From positions 70,551 through 134,550 of the forward strand of contig WSXW01000003.1 in assembly GCA_009773495.1 (NCBI GenBank): a stretch of DNA of 64,000 nucleotides, in the 5' to 3' direction. Below the pieces are notes generated by a model. The model did no database searches, was not told the DNA's origin, and saw only the letters and a program-made list of their open reading frames with translations. A program made the position numbers and the translations under genes. Positions 39,085 through 48,545 of this stretch are shown in pieces (the stretch's first letter is position 1; the number at the start of each line of letters is the position of its first letter). The DNA comes from Bacillota bacterium. GTDB taxonomy: Bacteria > Bacillota > UBA994.

Positions 39085-39216
39085 CAAATCAAAGTGCCCA
39101 TGCTAGGAAACATGGGCACAAATTATTGTGCTTAAGCTTCCCTACGCTGGTCTTAACCAGATCAGGTTCAAAGGGTCAGGGACATAGCTCCCTATCTCAG
39201 CCCAGCGGGCCCCCCT
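39085..39216 (-). promoter_or_regulatory. TPP (THI-box) riboswitch with a terminator expression platform
   Basis: Minus strand reads GGGGGGCCCGCUGGGCUGAGAUAGGGAGCUAUGUCCCUGACCCUUUGAACCUGAUCUGGUUAAGACCAGCGUAGGGAAGC. This matches the TPP aptamer consensus (CUGAGA ... ACCCUUUGAACCUGAUCUGGUUAAUACCAGCGUAGGGAA). It is followed by a GUGCCCAUG...CAUGGGCAC hairpin and a U-run. Confidence 0.85.
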
Positions 39217-39352
39217 AGCAACAATATGCTGTTACTATATAGTTTATCATGGAAAGTGAGAAGTGCAAGAGTGTAAATTGAGCAACGGTACCTCGTACAT
39301 CGTACTTAGCACCTCGTAGAATAACGAAATACGATGTACGAAGTACGACTTA

Positions 39353-39814
39353 CTACGCCACTACCATATACCACAGCACTAACGCTATCAGTGCTGTAAA
39401 CTTGGCCAAGCCGCTAATTAGCATGCCGACGACTGTGTTAAGAGCGTGGCGTAATGCAACTTGTGCCATGTGCCCGTGGGTGAGTTCTGCCAAGAAGACA
39501 GCTATGAGTGGGCCTAGTATCAGGCCAGGTAGGCTAAAAAATGCGCCTACTATCATTCCCAGCGCTGCTGCAAACGAGCTGCGGTTACTACCACCCTTCT
39601 TCTTAACCCACCATGGCATTACGACGTAGTCTGCAGCTATCGAGAGCACCGTTAAGAGGACAAAACCCACCCAAAATACGGGACCAAACCCATTCCATCC
39701 ACGCAAATAACCAAGCCATACTATTCCCGCCGCCACTAGCGGTGTAGCAGGAAGAATAGGCAGCAAAACCCCGGCAAATCCGAGGCCAATCAATAGCCAA
39801 GCGAGAAGGGACAT
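39353..39814 (-). CDS. DUF456-family membrane protein
   Basis: 153 aa, 4 TM helices. Confidence 0.5.
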   Translation of the reverse strand: MSLLAWLLIGLGFAGVLLPILPATPLVAAGIVWLGYLRGWNGFGPVFWVGFVLLTVLSIAADYVVMPWWVKKKGGSNRSSFAAALGMIVGAFFSLPGLILGPLIAVFLAELTHGHMAQVALRHALNTVVGMLISGLAKFTALIALVLWYMVVA

Positions 39815-39916
39815 TTTGGAACACCACCTAAGACTTTCTTGGTTCCTCGCTCTTCGTTCTTTGTACCTACTAGGAACTAGGAACGTGCAAGGAGAAACGG
39901 TTAAGGATAGTCTACT

Positions 39917-40387
39917 CTACCTATTTAACATCTGGCTCAGTCTGTCTACAAGCGGTGCAGTCTCGTTAGCGTCTTTGACAATAATCAAGACGGTATCATC
40001 ACCAGCGATAGTGCCCATGACGCCGGGAAGCTGAAGGCTGTCTAGGGCCGCCGCCGCAGCGTTACCACCACCGGAGAAAGTCTTAAGTACTATAAGATTA
40101 GAGGTAAAATCTATATTGAGGACTGCATTACGTAGAATGCGAACTAGCCTATCAGCTAAGCTGTCCCCCCCGCTACTGGGGGCTTGGGTGTAAATCTGTC
40201 GACCAGACCTTCCTACTATCTTAATTAGCCCTAATTCCTTAATATCGCGGGATACGGTAGCTTGGGTTGTCTTAAAGCCGGCTAAATCCAGATACTCGGC
40301 AAGTTCTTCTTGAGTCTCTACTTCAAAACGTGCAATTATCTCTAGTATGCGTGCCTGTCTCTGTTCCTTCACCAGATCCCTCCTCAA
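39917..40387 (-). CDS. argR: arginine repressor
   Basis: N-terminal wHTH (QEELAEYLDLAGFKTTQATVSRDIKEL) and the C-terminal oligomerisation/arginine-binding domain (GTIAGDDTVLII). Confidence 0.8.
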   Translation of the reverse strand: MRRDLVKEQRQARILEIIARFEVETQEELAEYLDLAGFKTTQATVSRDIKELGLIKIVGRSGRQIYTQAPSSGGDSLADRLVRILRNAVLNIDFTSNLIVLKTFSGGGNAAAAALDSLQLPGVMGTIAGDDTVLIIVKDANETAPLVDRLSQMLNR

Positions 40388-40605
40388 AATATACCTTTAT
40401 CGAGTATTTTATCATAATACCAAAATTCGGTCACCACATTTGGCAAGAGTATCCGGTCCTTAAACAGTAGTGTCAGTATATCCATGTGATTCAATTTCTA
40501 ACGACCGAGGTCGCCCCTTGTGACGCCGCTACCACACGGAACAGGCTGGCCCACATTAGTGAGCCAGCCTGTTCCGTGTGGTAGCAACTATTGAGAAAAG
40601 GTTTG

Positions 40606-41763
40606 TTATGCGCTGACGTAACCTGCTTTAACTAATATTGAAAGTGCCTTGGCATGGTCCTCTTTTGCAGTGAGGATTACTGGGCCGGTGCAGCCCATAC
40701 CAGTGGTGGCAAAGATGCCCACCTTCCAGACTTCGCGCACGGCAGTCTCAAGGTCTAGAATATCAATGCCGGAAATTTCTTCAGTGACGGGCTTGGCTGG
40801 AGGTAAAATAATTTCTTTCTCTTCAGCCGGGATCTCCGCCTTGGCCTCTTTTTTAAAGAGACCAGGCAGGTCAGCCTTATTAGCGGCAACGAACTCCTGG
40901 GCTACTACATCAAGCAGCTTCCCCTTGGCTACATCGCCGGCGTACTTGATAGCACCAGCTACAACTGGAGCGCCAGAGGCACGCGAGAGGATGAGGATGA
41001 TCTTATCCAGACCTTCACCCACGCCAGGCCCATAACCATAACCTAAACTCTCATAGTCACCACCAGTGGTATAGGCAGAAAAGACCTTCATGAGGACGTT
41101 GCCGGTAAGAGTATCTGTCACCATGATATCCGGGGCGCCAACTAGGAGATCATTGCCACGCATTACAGAGCCGCCGTCTTGGCGTACTGACTCTGCGAAG
41201 TTAATCTCATAGCCGCTATCTGCCAACCTCTGCAAGCTACGCTCAACGGTACGAGCAGAGTCAACGTTAAGAATGCCCAAAGTGGGGTTAGCGACCCCCG
41301 AAGCCTTAGCTACAGCTATGCCGTAAATCGCATTATTAACCATGGCCTCTACCCTGTCAGTAGCTGATGTTCCAGTGGTAGTGGCGAGAAACATCTCCCT
41401 ACCTCTACCCGGCGTAATCACACGTCCTACAGTGGATACCCCAATAGGGAAGTTGTAGTGCATGGTCACAGCTGCGGCTATTTCACCGCTCTTCAATAGC
41501 TTCTCCATGACTTGATGTTGTGTCTTCTCACAGTCTGCTTCTTCGCGAGTGAGCTTACTGTTGACTGCAGGGCCTATAAGAACGACCTCAAGGTCAGGAT
41601 TAGCCTTGGCAGCTAGCTCGGCGCCGCGAACGATCTCATCAATGCCGTGCTCACTACCAAGCAAGGTTACACCAATCCGTGTACGGCTACCAAATACTCC
41701 TGTTTCTAGAGCATCAGCAATCTCACCAAATACTTTTGCGACGAGTTTTTTTGCGTCTGTCAT
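40606..41763 (-). CDS. grdD: glycine reductase complex protein C, alpha subunit
   Basis: 385 aa, conserved GrdD N-terminus, last gene of the grd cluster. GGAGGTG RBS upstream. Confidence 0.75.
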   Translation of the reverse strand: MTDAKKLVAKVFGEIADALETGVFGSRTRIGVTLLGSEHGIDEIVRGAELAAKANPDLEVVLIGPAVNSKLTREEADCEKTQHQVMEKLLKSGEIAAAVTMHYNFPIGVSTVGRVITPGRGREMFLATTTGTSATDRVEAMVNNAIYGIAVAKASGVANPTLGILNVDSARTVERSLQRLADSGYEINFAESVRQDGGSVMRGNDLLVGAPDIMVTDTLTGNVLMKVFSAYTTGGDYESLGYGYGPGVGEGLDKIILILSRASGAPVVAGAIKYAGDVAKGKLLDVVAQEFVAANKADLPGLFKKEAKAEIPAEEKEIILPPAKPVTEEISGIDILDLETAVREVWKVGIFATTGMGCTGPVILTAKEDHAKALSILVKAGYVSA

Positions 41764-41778
41764 ATTATCACCTCCCGC

Positions 41779-43320
41779 CTATTTGGCGTCGGAAAGAGAT
41801 TCTGCCAGAGCACGCATAGCTTCGGCAATTAGTTTGCGTACCTCGCCCTCATCAATACCGCCTGTAGCCTGTTTAGTGGTACCGGGGTTAGCTTCCATCA
41901 CAAAGGAAACGCCATCGAAGAGATTTGTCATGCGAGCGAGGAATAAGCTTCCTTTACCAATGATCATGGCGCGCTTAATTTCGCCCTTCATCATCGCCTC
42001 ACGAGCCAGACCTATTACCGGCACACCCGATGGTACGTGGCCTTGGGTAGGTGCAAAACCAGGCATGCCATGCTTCTCTACAAAGCTGTTGAGATCGGCG
42101 CGCTCAATATCGCCACGCTTAACACCAAGGGCAGCAATCATTTTGTAGTTAGCAAGCGGAACATCGCCGGCCCCTGCAGGTACGGTTACTTCGGGGTTCT
42201 GCATTTCTACAGCAAATAAGTCAACCTCAGTTAACTTGATGTTGTTGCGATCCAAGGGGTCGGTTACTATAGCCTGCATAACGGACTGCGGACTAGAGCC
42301 GGAACCGATAGTATGTCGGCCCACAACGTCGGTACGGATAATTGGATTAATGCCGTCATTCTCAGATACCCAGATGGCGAAACCACCCATAATGTCCTCT
42401 AGAATAGGCAGGTTCTTCTTAGCGTGATCTTTGCCGTTCATACCAAGTTTAGCCGTAGCACCACCAGCTACTACTACCACGTTTTTATATACGCCAGCTT
42501 TAACTAGAGCTGCCGCAGTGACCATGGCGTGAGCCGGAGCAGCGCAGAATCCTCTCGTGTCACTGCCAGTAGCATTAACACAACCCACTACTTCGCCGAT
42601 AGCCTTGGCAAAGTTACCGCCGCCGCGCTGATTCATATCACCGCAGGCTTCCTCAGAACATTCGATGATGTAATCGACAGCCCTAGGGTCTAGGCCAGCT
42701 TTCAAGAAAAGATTACGGACAGAGACTACAGCGGACGCCATAGCCGAGATGTTTTCGAATATGATGTGTGCACTTAAGGATTCATCACTATCATGAGCCT
42801 GGCGCACACAACCAACCAAGCGATTACCTAAACGCAGAGGTTCGGCAACATGTGCTTCTACCTGCCTAGCGATGGTCGCCTCGTCGGAGGTCTTGTCGAG
42901 CTTACTGAGGTTCGCGCCCGCGAAGGCAGGGTGCTTAGCTAATAGTTCTTTAACCTCAATCGCAAACTTTTCTTCGATGAGCACGAGATCAAAAGAATCT
43001 ACTAACTTCATTACGCCGTAGAATTCGTCCTCGGGCATAATTTCGCCCCTTGTTCCGAAACGGTTCGCACCTTTACGACTGTTCTCGTACCAGGGCTTAG
43101 CAACCTGCTCGAGAGATTTTGGCAGGATGTTGCCGATATAGGCTTGATTAGGTGCATAATCTACGCAATCTGCAAAACTTCTGAGATGTTCAGGAAGGGC
43201 CTTGAGATAGTCACTATTCGGATTCTTGGCACGTTCTACGGTCTGGGTTGTGCCGTGGTCCAACAGGATGTTTGGTGTATGAAACAGGGCATAGGCAGCC
43301 CCTTTAATAACAGGAAACAT
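41779..43320 (-). CDS. grdC: glycine reductase complex protein C, beta subunit
   Basis: About 513 aa starting at MFPVIKGAAY, with GGAGGTG 6 nt upstream. Thiolase-like fold typical of GrdC. Confidence 0.75.
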   Translation of the reverse strand: MFPVIKGAAYALFHTPNILLDHGTTQTVERAKNPNSDYLKALPEHLRSFADCVDYAPNQAYIGNILPKSLEQVAKPWYENSRKGANRFGTRGEIMPEDEFYGVMKLVDSFDLVLIEEKFAIEVKELLAKHPAFAGANLSKLDKTSDEATIARQVEAHVAEPLRLGNRLVGCVRQAHDSDESLSAHIIFENISAMASAVVSVRNLFLKAGLDPRAVDYIIECSEEACGDMNQRGGGNFAKAIGEVVGCVNATGSDTRGFCAAPAHAMVTAAALVKAGVYKNVVVVAGGATAKLGMNGKDHAKKNLPILEDIMGGFAIWVSENDGINPIIRTDVVGRHTIGSGSSPQSVMQAIVTDPLDRNNIKLTEVDLFAVEMQNPEVTVPAGAGDVPLANYKMIAALGVKRGDIERADLNSFVEKHGMPGFAPTQGHVPSGVPVIGLAREAMMKGEIKRAMIIGKGSLFLARMTNLFDGVSFVMEANPGTTKQATGGIDEGEVRKLIAEAMRALAESLSDAK

Positions 43321-43404
43321 TTGGTCACCTCCATTGGATTCAAGAACAAAATGAGGCCCGAATCTAAAAAGTGCGGGCGGGGTTCCCGCCCGCACCAAAG
43401 CGGT

Positions 43405-44718
43405 TTACTTGTCGAAAACAACCTGTCCGTGTACTTCTGTCTCAAGTGCTCTCAGCGCTCTACGCACCAGCTTACGACGAAGTTCCTTCTCTTCACCAGC
43501 GGTAAGGAGAGGATTGCCCAGCGGGTACGGAATAGCTACAGTTGGAATAATGCGGTTAGCACCAACTGTGAGCGAAATCGGCACAACCGTGCACATATGA
43601 GCAACAGGTAGTCCAGCGCGTTCAATTTCCTTTACCATCGTTGCACCGCAACGTGTACAGGTGCCTCAGGTACTGGTAAGAATTACTGCTTGGACGCCAT
43701 CGTTAATAAGTTCTTGTGCGAACTTCTTCGCGAAAGCTACAGAGTTGTTAACGGAAGTACCATTACCAACTGTTGTGTAAAAATAACGATGCAATTCGCC
43801 AATCTCCCCGGCTTGCTCCATCTCGCGGAGGACATCCACCGGTAGAACACGGTCAGCGTCTTGATTAGCATATGTGGGGTCATACCCACCGTGAGCGGTA
43901 GCGTAAGTGTCTGAAGTCAAATCGGTCACACCGGCGATATCGTACTTACCGTACTTGCTAGCGCTAGATGACTCGATATGGTCCGGGTTACCCTTAGGCA
44001 CAATACCACCGGAGGTAACGAGAGCAATCTTAGCCTTGGCAGCGCATGCAATAGGCTGGTTGGGAGCAACGCGGTCGAAATGTGGCATGGCGTATTCTGT
44101 GGTGAAAGGCTGCCCATTGATTTTGGCGATGAGCATATCTACGGCACGTTTCGAACCACGCTCGGTGTGGAAGTAATTCTGGCGAATGCCGCGAGCCATG
44201 TAGCCATGAGTCTCTGGACTTACTTCTTCACCCTGCCCGAGAGCTACAACCACCTTAATGATAGCTGGAACGGCTTTGCGCATATCTGCGGCGCTGTTAC
44301 TGGTCTGTACGATATATGCGAACTTACGATACATATCCACACCTGGGTTTTCAGGGTACATGCCGGTGACTACAGGGATCGCAAGTTCTTCTGTAATCGC
44401 TTTAGCTACAGCACCGCAAGCAACACCGTAACGCCCTGCGTTAAAAGCTGGGCCAGCGATGACAACATCAGGCTGATGTTTCTTAATCATCCCGATGACA
44501 GTGGACAAGGCTTCATCTAGGTTTTCGTTGAAATAGCTGTCACCGCAGATTACAGTGGCTACGATTTCGCCTGCATTTCCTAGAGCGGCCTGGAGAGCTT
44601 GACCGGGGCCTACAACACCTGCACGTTCTTCGGGACGATAGTCAGCCTTGTCTTCGCCGCCAATGCCGCCGTAGAACTGGTTCAGGTAATGTACAACCCT
44701 AATTTTCTGGTTGCTCAT
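43405..44718 (-). CDS. grdB: glycine/sarcosine/betaine reductase selenoprotein B (contains in-frame UGA=Sec at 43666-43668)
   Basis: ORFs 43666..44718 and 43405..43638 share one frame and are joined through TGA. The junction reads ...U-G-T-C-T-R-C-G-A-T-MVKEIERAG. A CGUUGC-ggu-GCAACG hairpin lies about 15 nt after the UGA. Confidence 0.8.
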
Positions 44719-44751
44719 GTTCTTCCCCCCTTCTGTTAACTCTGCAAGTAA

Positions 44752-45216
44752 CTACTTACCGTATTTGCTATGAGAATCACGCATGTTGCCTACTTCAGCG
44801 TTAATGGCCGGAACATCGAGTACCATTTCCATCATGCTGATTTGTTCCTCGTAGATTTCTGCATCAACTTGCTCTTTAAGTTCGAAAATGTGATAGACTG
44901 CGAGCCCTAACTGGACTCCTGCCAAAGGACCGGCGAAGGTTGGATCACCAGCAGTTACGGTCTCAGCAGCGAGGCCTGCAGCCTCAGCTTCTGCGCCACC
45001 AAGAACAACAACAATGTTCTCAGCACCGTACTTTTCTGTGAGTTCCTTAACCCTACGTTGGTTTTCCAGATCCATGGCACCTGCGGCTGTTCAGACAAAA
45101 CACTCGGTAACTGAGAACACGACTTCAGCGCCAGCGGACTTCACGCATTCTTCAATGGCTGGTCCTGGCACGCCGTCGCGGTCACCAAGAATGACCACTT
45201 TTTTGCCTTTAAGCAT
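44752..45216 (-). CDS. grdA: glycine reductase selenoprotein A (in-frame UGA=Sec at 45091-45093)
   Basis: Reading upstream of the listed 107-aa ORF in frame gives [53 protein letters not shown]... This is the GrdA CxxU active site. GGAGG lies 8 nt before the ATG at 45216. Confidence 0.85.
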
Positions 45217-45335
45217 GGTTTCGAATACCTCCTTCATTGTTAATCATGACTCGTGAAACTTGAAACATGAATCGTCACCTGAGGGTGTGTTCTGACTAAG
45301 GTCAGAGTTCACGATTCATGATTCATGAGTAGCGC

Positions 45336-46628
45336 CTATACGCCCTTTGCCGTCAGCTTACTGAAGCCTAGCTCGTTAGTAGCACCGGTAATGACTTGGA
45401 TTTCGGCGGTAATGGTACCGTCCTTGGCCAAGCTACCGTTCCAGCCACCAGCAATTACGTCAGCAACTTCAGGGTGACCAATCACTTTTTTCATGGTGGG
45501 AAGAACAATTACTTCGTTAGCGTTACCAGCTGTAATTACTGCGTTAGCAAGTGGGTCAGCGTCGGCGAGAGACTGAGAAGCGCCGTCTTGACCTGCATAT
45601 TCATCGGTGACGAGAACGGTCTTTATGCCCTTCTTTTCAAGCTTTGTACAGTTCATCATGAGATCTGCGTCGGGGTTGCCGAAACCTTCCTCTGAAATGA
45701 TGGCCGCATCTACGCCAAGCCATTCAACTAACTTTGCTGTGAAGCTGGAGGAACGTTCCTTGTCGGCTAGGGTAACGTTTTCGTTGGTCACAACTACGCC
45801 GATAAAGTTATACTCCTTGCCATGACGCTCTAGTAAGTCATGAATAATGGGGCTGTTGAGGTGATGATAAGTGGTGTTCTTGTCACAGGCAGATACGCAG
45901 TTACCGGAGATAATCGCTCCATCCATAACCTCAGTGGGATAGATGAAGGTAGGCAGGGTGCGCTTAGCATCAATGCCGTAGACATACGTGTCGTGAAGCA
46001 GGCCTTGGCTCTGCAACATGTACACATAAGCAACCTTCGGGAGATTAGGGTATTGTTGCAAAGCTTGTGGTAGTGGTGGGCAGTCGTAAGTCACCACCTC
46101 GTCAGGAGTAACGCTGCGACCGGCTTCAGCTAAATAAGTGGCAGCCTTAAGACCCATGATCCGAAGAGCAGCTTCGTGCTCATGCTGGAGCAAACCTTCG
46201 ATAGGTTCTGCGATTACTACAACGTTATTGGTCTTAGAGAACGGAGTATATTCTGCACCAGGGCCAGTCATGTCGATAATGCCTTCTTGGAAACCGACAA
46301 TCTTACCTGTGGTAACGACCGCTGCGCCCTTTAGTACATGGGTAACGCCGTTACCAACTGTCTCTACCTTGCTAACAAAGCCTGGGAAAATGCCTCCTGA
46401 ACCTTGAACCTTTACACGAGGCTCAATTACATCCTTAACAGGAATAATGCGGGTTTCGTCGCCGGGCTTAGCTAAGTCAATTTCAAGAGAAGCAAAGCGC
46501 TCGTCTTCTAGTGTTGTTATCATTTCCTGCTTGTTAACAAATAGAACGCCATTCTTAACCTCTGTAATAGCACCGAACTGTACGTCAGAAACCTTGATAT
46601 AACCTAACTCTAAACGCATGATGTTCAC
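45336..46628 (-). CDS. grdE: glycine reductase proprotein GrdE (protein B alpha/beta precursor)
   Basis: 430 aa with the conserved GrdE sequence, including the internal Cys-containing processing region (NCVSACDK). GGAGGTG RBS upstream. Confidence 0.8.
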   Translation of the reverse strand: MNIMRLELGYIKVSDVQFGAITEVKNGVLFVNKQEMITTLEDERFASLEIDLAKPGDETRIIPVKDVIEPRVKVQGSGGIFPGFVSKVETVGNGVTHVLKGAAVVTTGKIVGFQEGIIDMTGPGAEYTPFSKTNNVVVIAEPIEGLLQHEHEAALRIMGLKAATYLAEAGRSVTPDEVVTYDCPPLPQALQQYPNLPKVAYVYMLQSQGLLHDTYVYGIDAKRTLPTFIYPTEVMDGAIISGNCVSACDKNTTYHHLNSPIIHDLLERHGKEYNFIGVVVTNENVTLADKERSSSFTAKLVEWLGVDAAIISEEGFGNPDADLMMNCTKLEKKGIKTVLVTDEYAGQDGASQSLADADPLANAVITAGNANEVIVLPTMKKVIGHPEVADVIAGGWNGSLAKDGTITAEIQVITGATNELGFSKLTAKGV

Positions 46629-46637
46629 CTCCTCAAG

Positions 46638-46955
46638 CTAAATGAGTTCTTTAAGTTTTGCCTCGATAGTCTCAGCAGTAGCCTCGTTAGGGCCAACCTC
46701 AGCTATCTTCTCGCCACCTTTGTAGAAAGCGATAACCGGCAGGCCAAGAACCTTCTGCGCGATGGCGAGACGACGGTTGCCGGACGTATCAAGCTTGCAG
46801 AACTTGGCCTTATCTGCGTACTGTGTAGCAATGCGCTCCACGTCTGGCATAATAGCCAGACACTTGTCACATTTGGGACCCCAGAAATCGACAACAACTA
46901 AGCCATCGGCCTGTAGTACCTCTTGATCAAAATTGTCCTTGTGTACTTCAATCAT
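46638..46955 (-). CDS. trxA: grd-associated thioredoxin with an atypical active-site context
   Basis: 105 aa with a Trx fold. The active site reads FWGPKCDKC (CxxC = CDKC) instead of WCGPC. GGAGGTG RBS upstream. Confidence 0.7.
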   Translation of the reverse strand: MIEVHKDNFDQEVLQADGLVVVDFWGPKCDKCLAIMPDVERIATQYADKAKFCKLDTSGNRRLAIAQKVLGLPVIAFYKGGEKIAEVGPNEATAETIEAKLKELI

Positions 46956-47103
46956 TTTATTTCACCTCCCTAATTGTACTGGGGCGCCTTCCGCCTTCCG
47001 CTTCTTAGAACGAAGGCGGAGAACGCATTAGCTCAATTTTTGGCGCTTTCCACTGTCTTCTATCGTCTTATTGAAAAGCGGATAGCGGAGAGCGGATAGC
47101 GGT

Positions 47104-48324
47104 CTAACGCAATTCGTCAATCTTAGCCTTTATGGCAACTTCGGTAATTTCGTCTTCGACCAAGCGTGAAGCAACTTCGCCGCGATGGAAGAAGAGCACT
47201 GTTGGATTCTGGACAACACCATAACGGGTTGCAACCCGCTGGTTACGATAGGTATCCATCTTCCAGAGTTTTACTGACTGACCGCCGGATGCGAGTGCGC
47301 CCTCAATCATAGGCATCATCTCGATACTCTTACCGCCCATAGGAGTCCAGAAAACGACTGCAACTGGACGTGACTCTGCGAGTACTGAGTCCCGGAAGCC
47401 CTCTTCTTCGATGAGGAATTTCTCAGCGGCTACGGCAGCGATAGCGCCGTCTGCAGCAGCAGTGACAACCTGGCGAAGGTACTTAACTCTAGCGTCCCCG
47501 ACGGCGAAAACGCCATCAACGTTTGTCTCCATGCGGTCATCGGTAATAATGTAGCCACGTGAGTCAAGATTAACTACACCTTTTAGGAAATCTGTTTGTG
47601 GAACGGTACCAACATAGATAAATACACCGTTTGTCTCCATCTCGGTGAGTTCGTTGGTCTTGATGTTCTTAAGAACAACAGCCTCAACTATGCCGTCCCC
47701 CTTAATCTCATTTATTGTAGAGTTCCATACGAACTTGACCTTAGGGTTTTTGAAGGCGCGTTCTTGTAGCATAGGCGCAGCGTCGAGTATCCCCTCATCG
47801 TGTATAGCTATTATCGTTACCGAATTGGCAAATTTAGTAAGGTGGTTGCCCTCTTCAATGGCTGCGTCGCCGTTGCCAAGGACTACAATGTCTAAATCAG
47901 TAAAGAAGTCAGCATCACAGGTGGCACAATAGGATACACCCTTGCCGCGCAGAGCGTGCTCGCCTTTTACACCTAATGTACGCGGGACTGCTCCTGGTGC
48001 AAAAATGAGAGTATGCGCTTTGTACTCGGTACCGTCTTTGCAACGCACAATCTTCTTCTCAGCGTCAATAGACACAACTTCATTGCGCACAAATTCAGCA
48101 CCAAAATGCTTGGCATGTTCGGTGAAAGCGTTCATCAGGCCAGGGCCTGTAGTGCCAGCAGCAAAACCAGGGTAGTTTTCCATGTCTTCCGTAGTAGCTG
48201 CCTGACCACCGGTCTTCCCCTTTTCGATAAGCAAGGTCTTAAGTTTTGATCGGGCGCCATAAATAGCAGCTGAAAGACCGCCAGGGCCGCCGCCCACTAT
48301 GATAATATCCCAAATATTAGACAC
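47104..48324 (-). CDS. trxB: thioredoxin reductase fused to a C-terminal thioredoxin-like domain lacking the CxxC motif
   Basis: FAD motif GGGPGG, redox CATCD and an NAD(P)H site. An extra ~95 aa has a Trx fold but FWTPMGG in place of WCGPC. GTG start with AAGGAGA upstream. The first ~60 codons of the listed ORF are non-protein-like. Confidence 0.7.
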   Translation of the reverse strand: MSNIWDIIIVGGGPGGLSAAIYGARSKLKTLLIEKGKTGGQAATTEDMENYPGFAAGTTGPGLMNAFTEHAKHFGAEFVRNEVVSIDAEKKIVRCKDGTEYKAHTLIFAPGAVPRTLGVKGEHALRGKGVSYCATCDADFFTDLDIVVLGNGDAAIEEGNHLTKFANSVTIIAIHDEGILDAAPMLQERAFKNPKVKFVWNSTINEIKGDGIVEAVVLKNIKTNELTEMETNGVFIYVGTVPQTDFLKGVVNLDSRGYIITDDRMETNVDGVFAVGDARVKYLRQVVTAAADGAIAAVAAEKFLIEEEGFRDSVLAESRPVAVVFWTPMGGKSIEMMPMIEGALASGGQSVKLWKMDTYRNQRVATRYGVVQNPTVLFFHRGEVASRLVEDEITEVAIKAKIDELR

Positions 48325-48545
48325 AAAGGCCACTCTCCTTCTGTAGTTTATATGAGCAGAGCGACAAGCGCTCGGCACAAGTGAGGGAACGGGCAGTGAG
48401 CATTGAGCAGGAGTTAGGCTTGAGGCTTTAGGCGTTAGAAGTACGGCAAGCGCCTTCCACGATCCACACGTCTGAACTATCCGTGTTCTGTGTACGCCGT
48501 TCCACAAGGAACAAGGAATGCCTCATGTGCTATGTGCCGCCCCGC

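Noticed and set aside
39042-39119. First 26 codons of the listed ThiT-like ORF
   Set aside because: - Translated from the TPP riboswitch terminator hairpin.
- A GTG at 39041 with an AGGAGGG RBS is the likely start.
41549-42148. 199-aa plus-strand ORF (and similar antisense ORFs at 16573..17046, 40649..41035, 43978..44520, 55439..56464)
   Set aside because: - They are antisense to well-supported genes (grdC, recJ, grdD, grdB, selB).
- Their S/R/P-rich composition is typical of GC-skewed antisense frames.
43405-43638. 77-aa ORF as an independent gene
   Set aside because: - Same frame as, and contiguous with, grdB through a TGA Sec codon.
- It has no RBS of its own.
46638-46955. trxA (FWGPKCDKC) as a frameshifted or Sec-containing thioredoxin
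   Set aside because: - The reading frame is intact.
- There is no in-frame TGA.
- The CDKC dyad could still function, so it is treated as an atypical Trx rather than a pseudogene.
48325-48507. Upstream 61 codons of the listed trxB ORF (MWNGVHRTRIV...)
   Set aside because: - Non-protein-like, and read from repeat-containing intergenic DNA.
- A GTG with AAGGAGA RBS at 48324 gives the canonical TrxB N-terminus.
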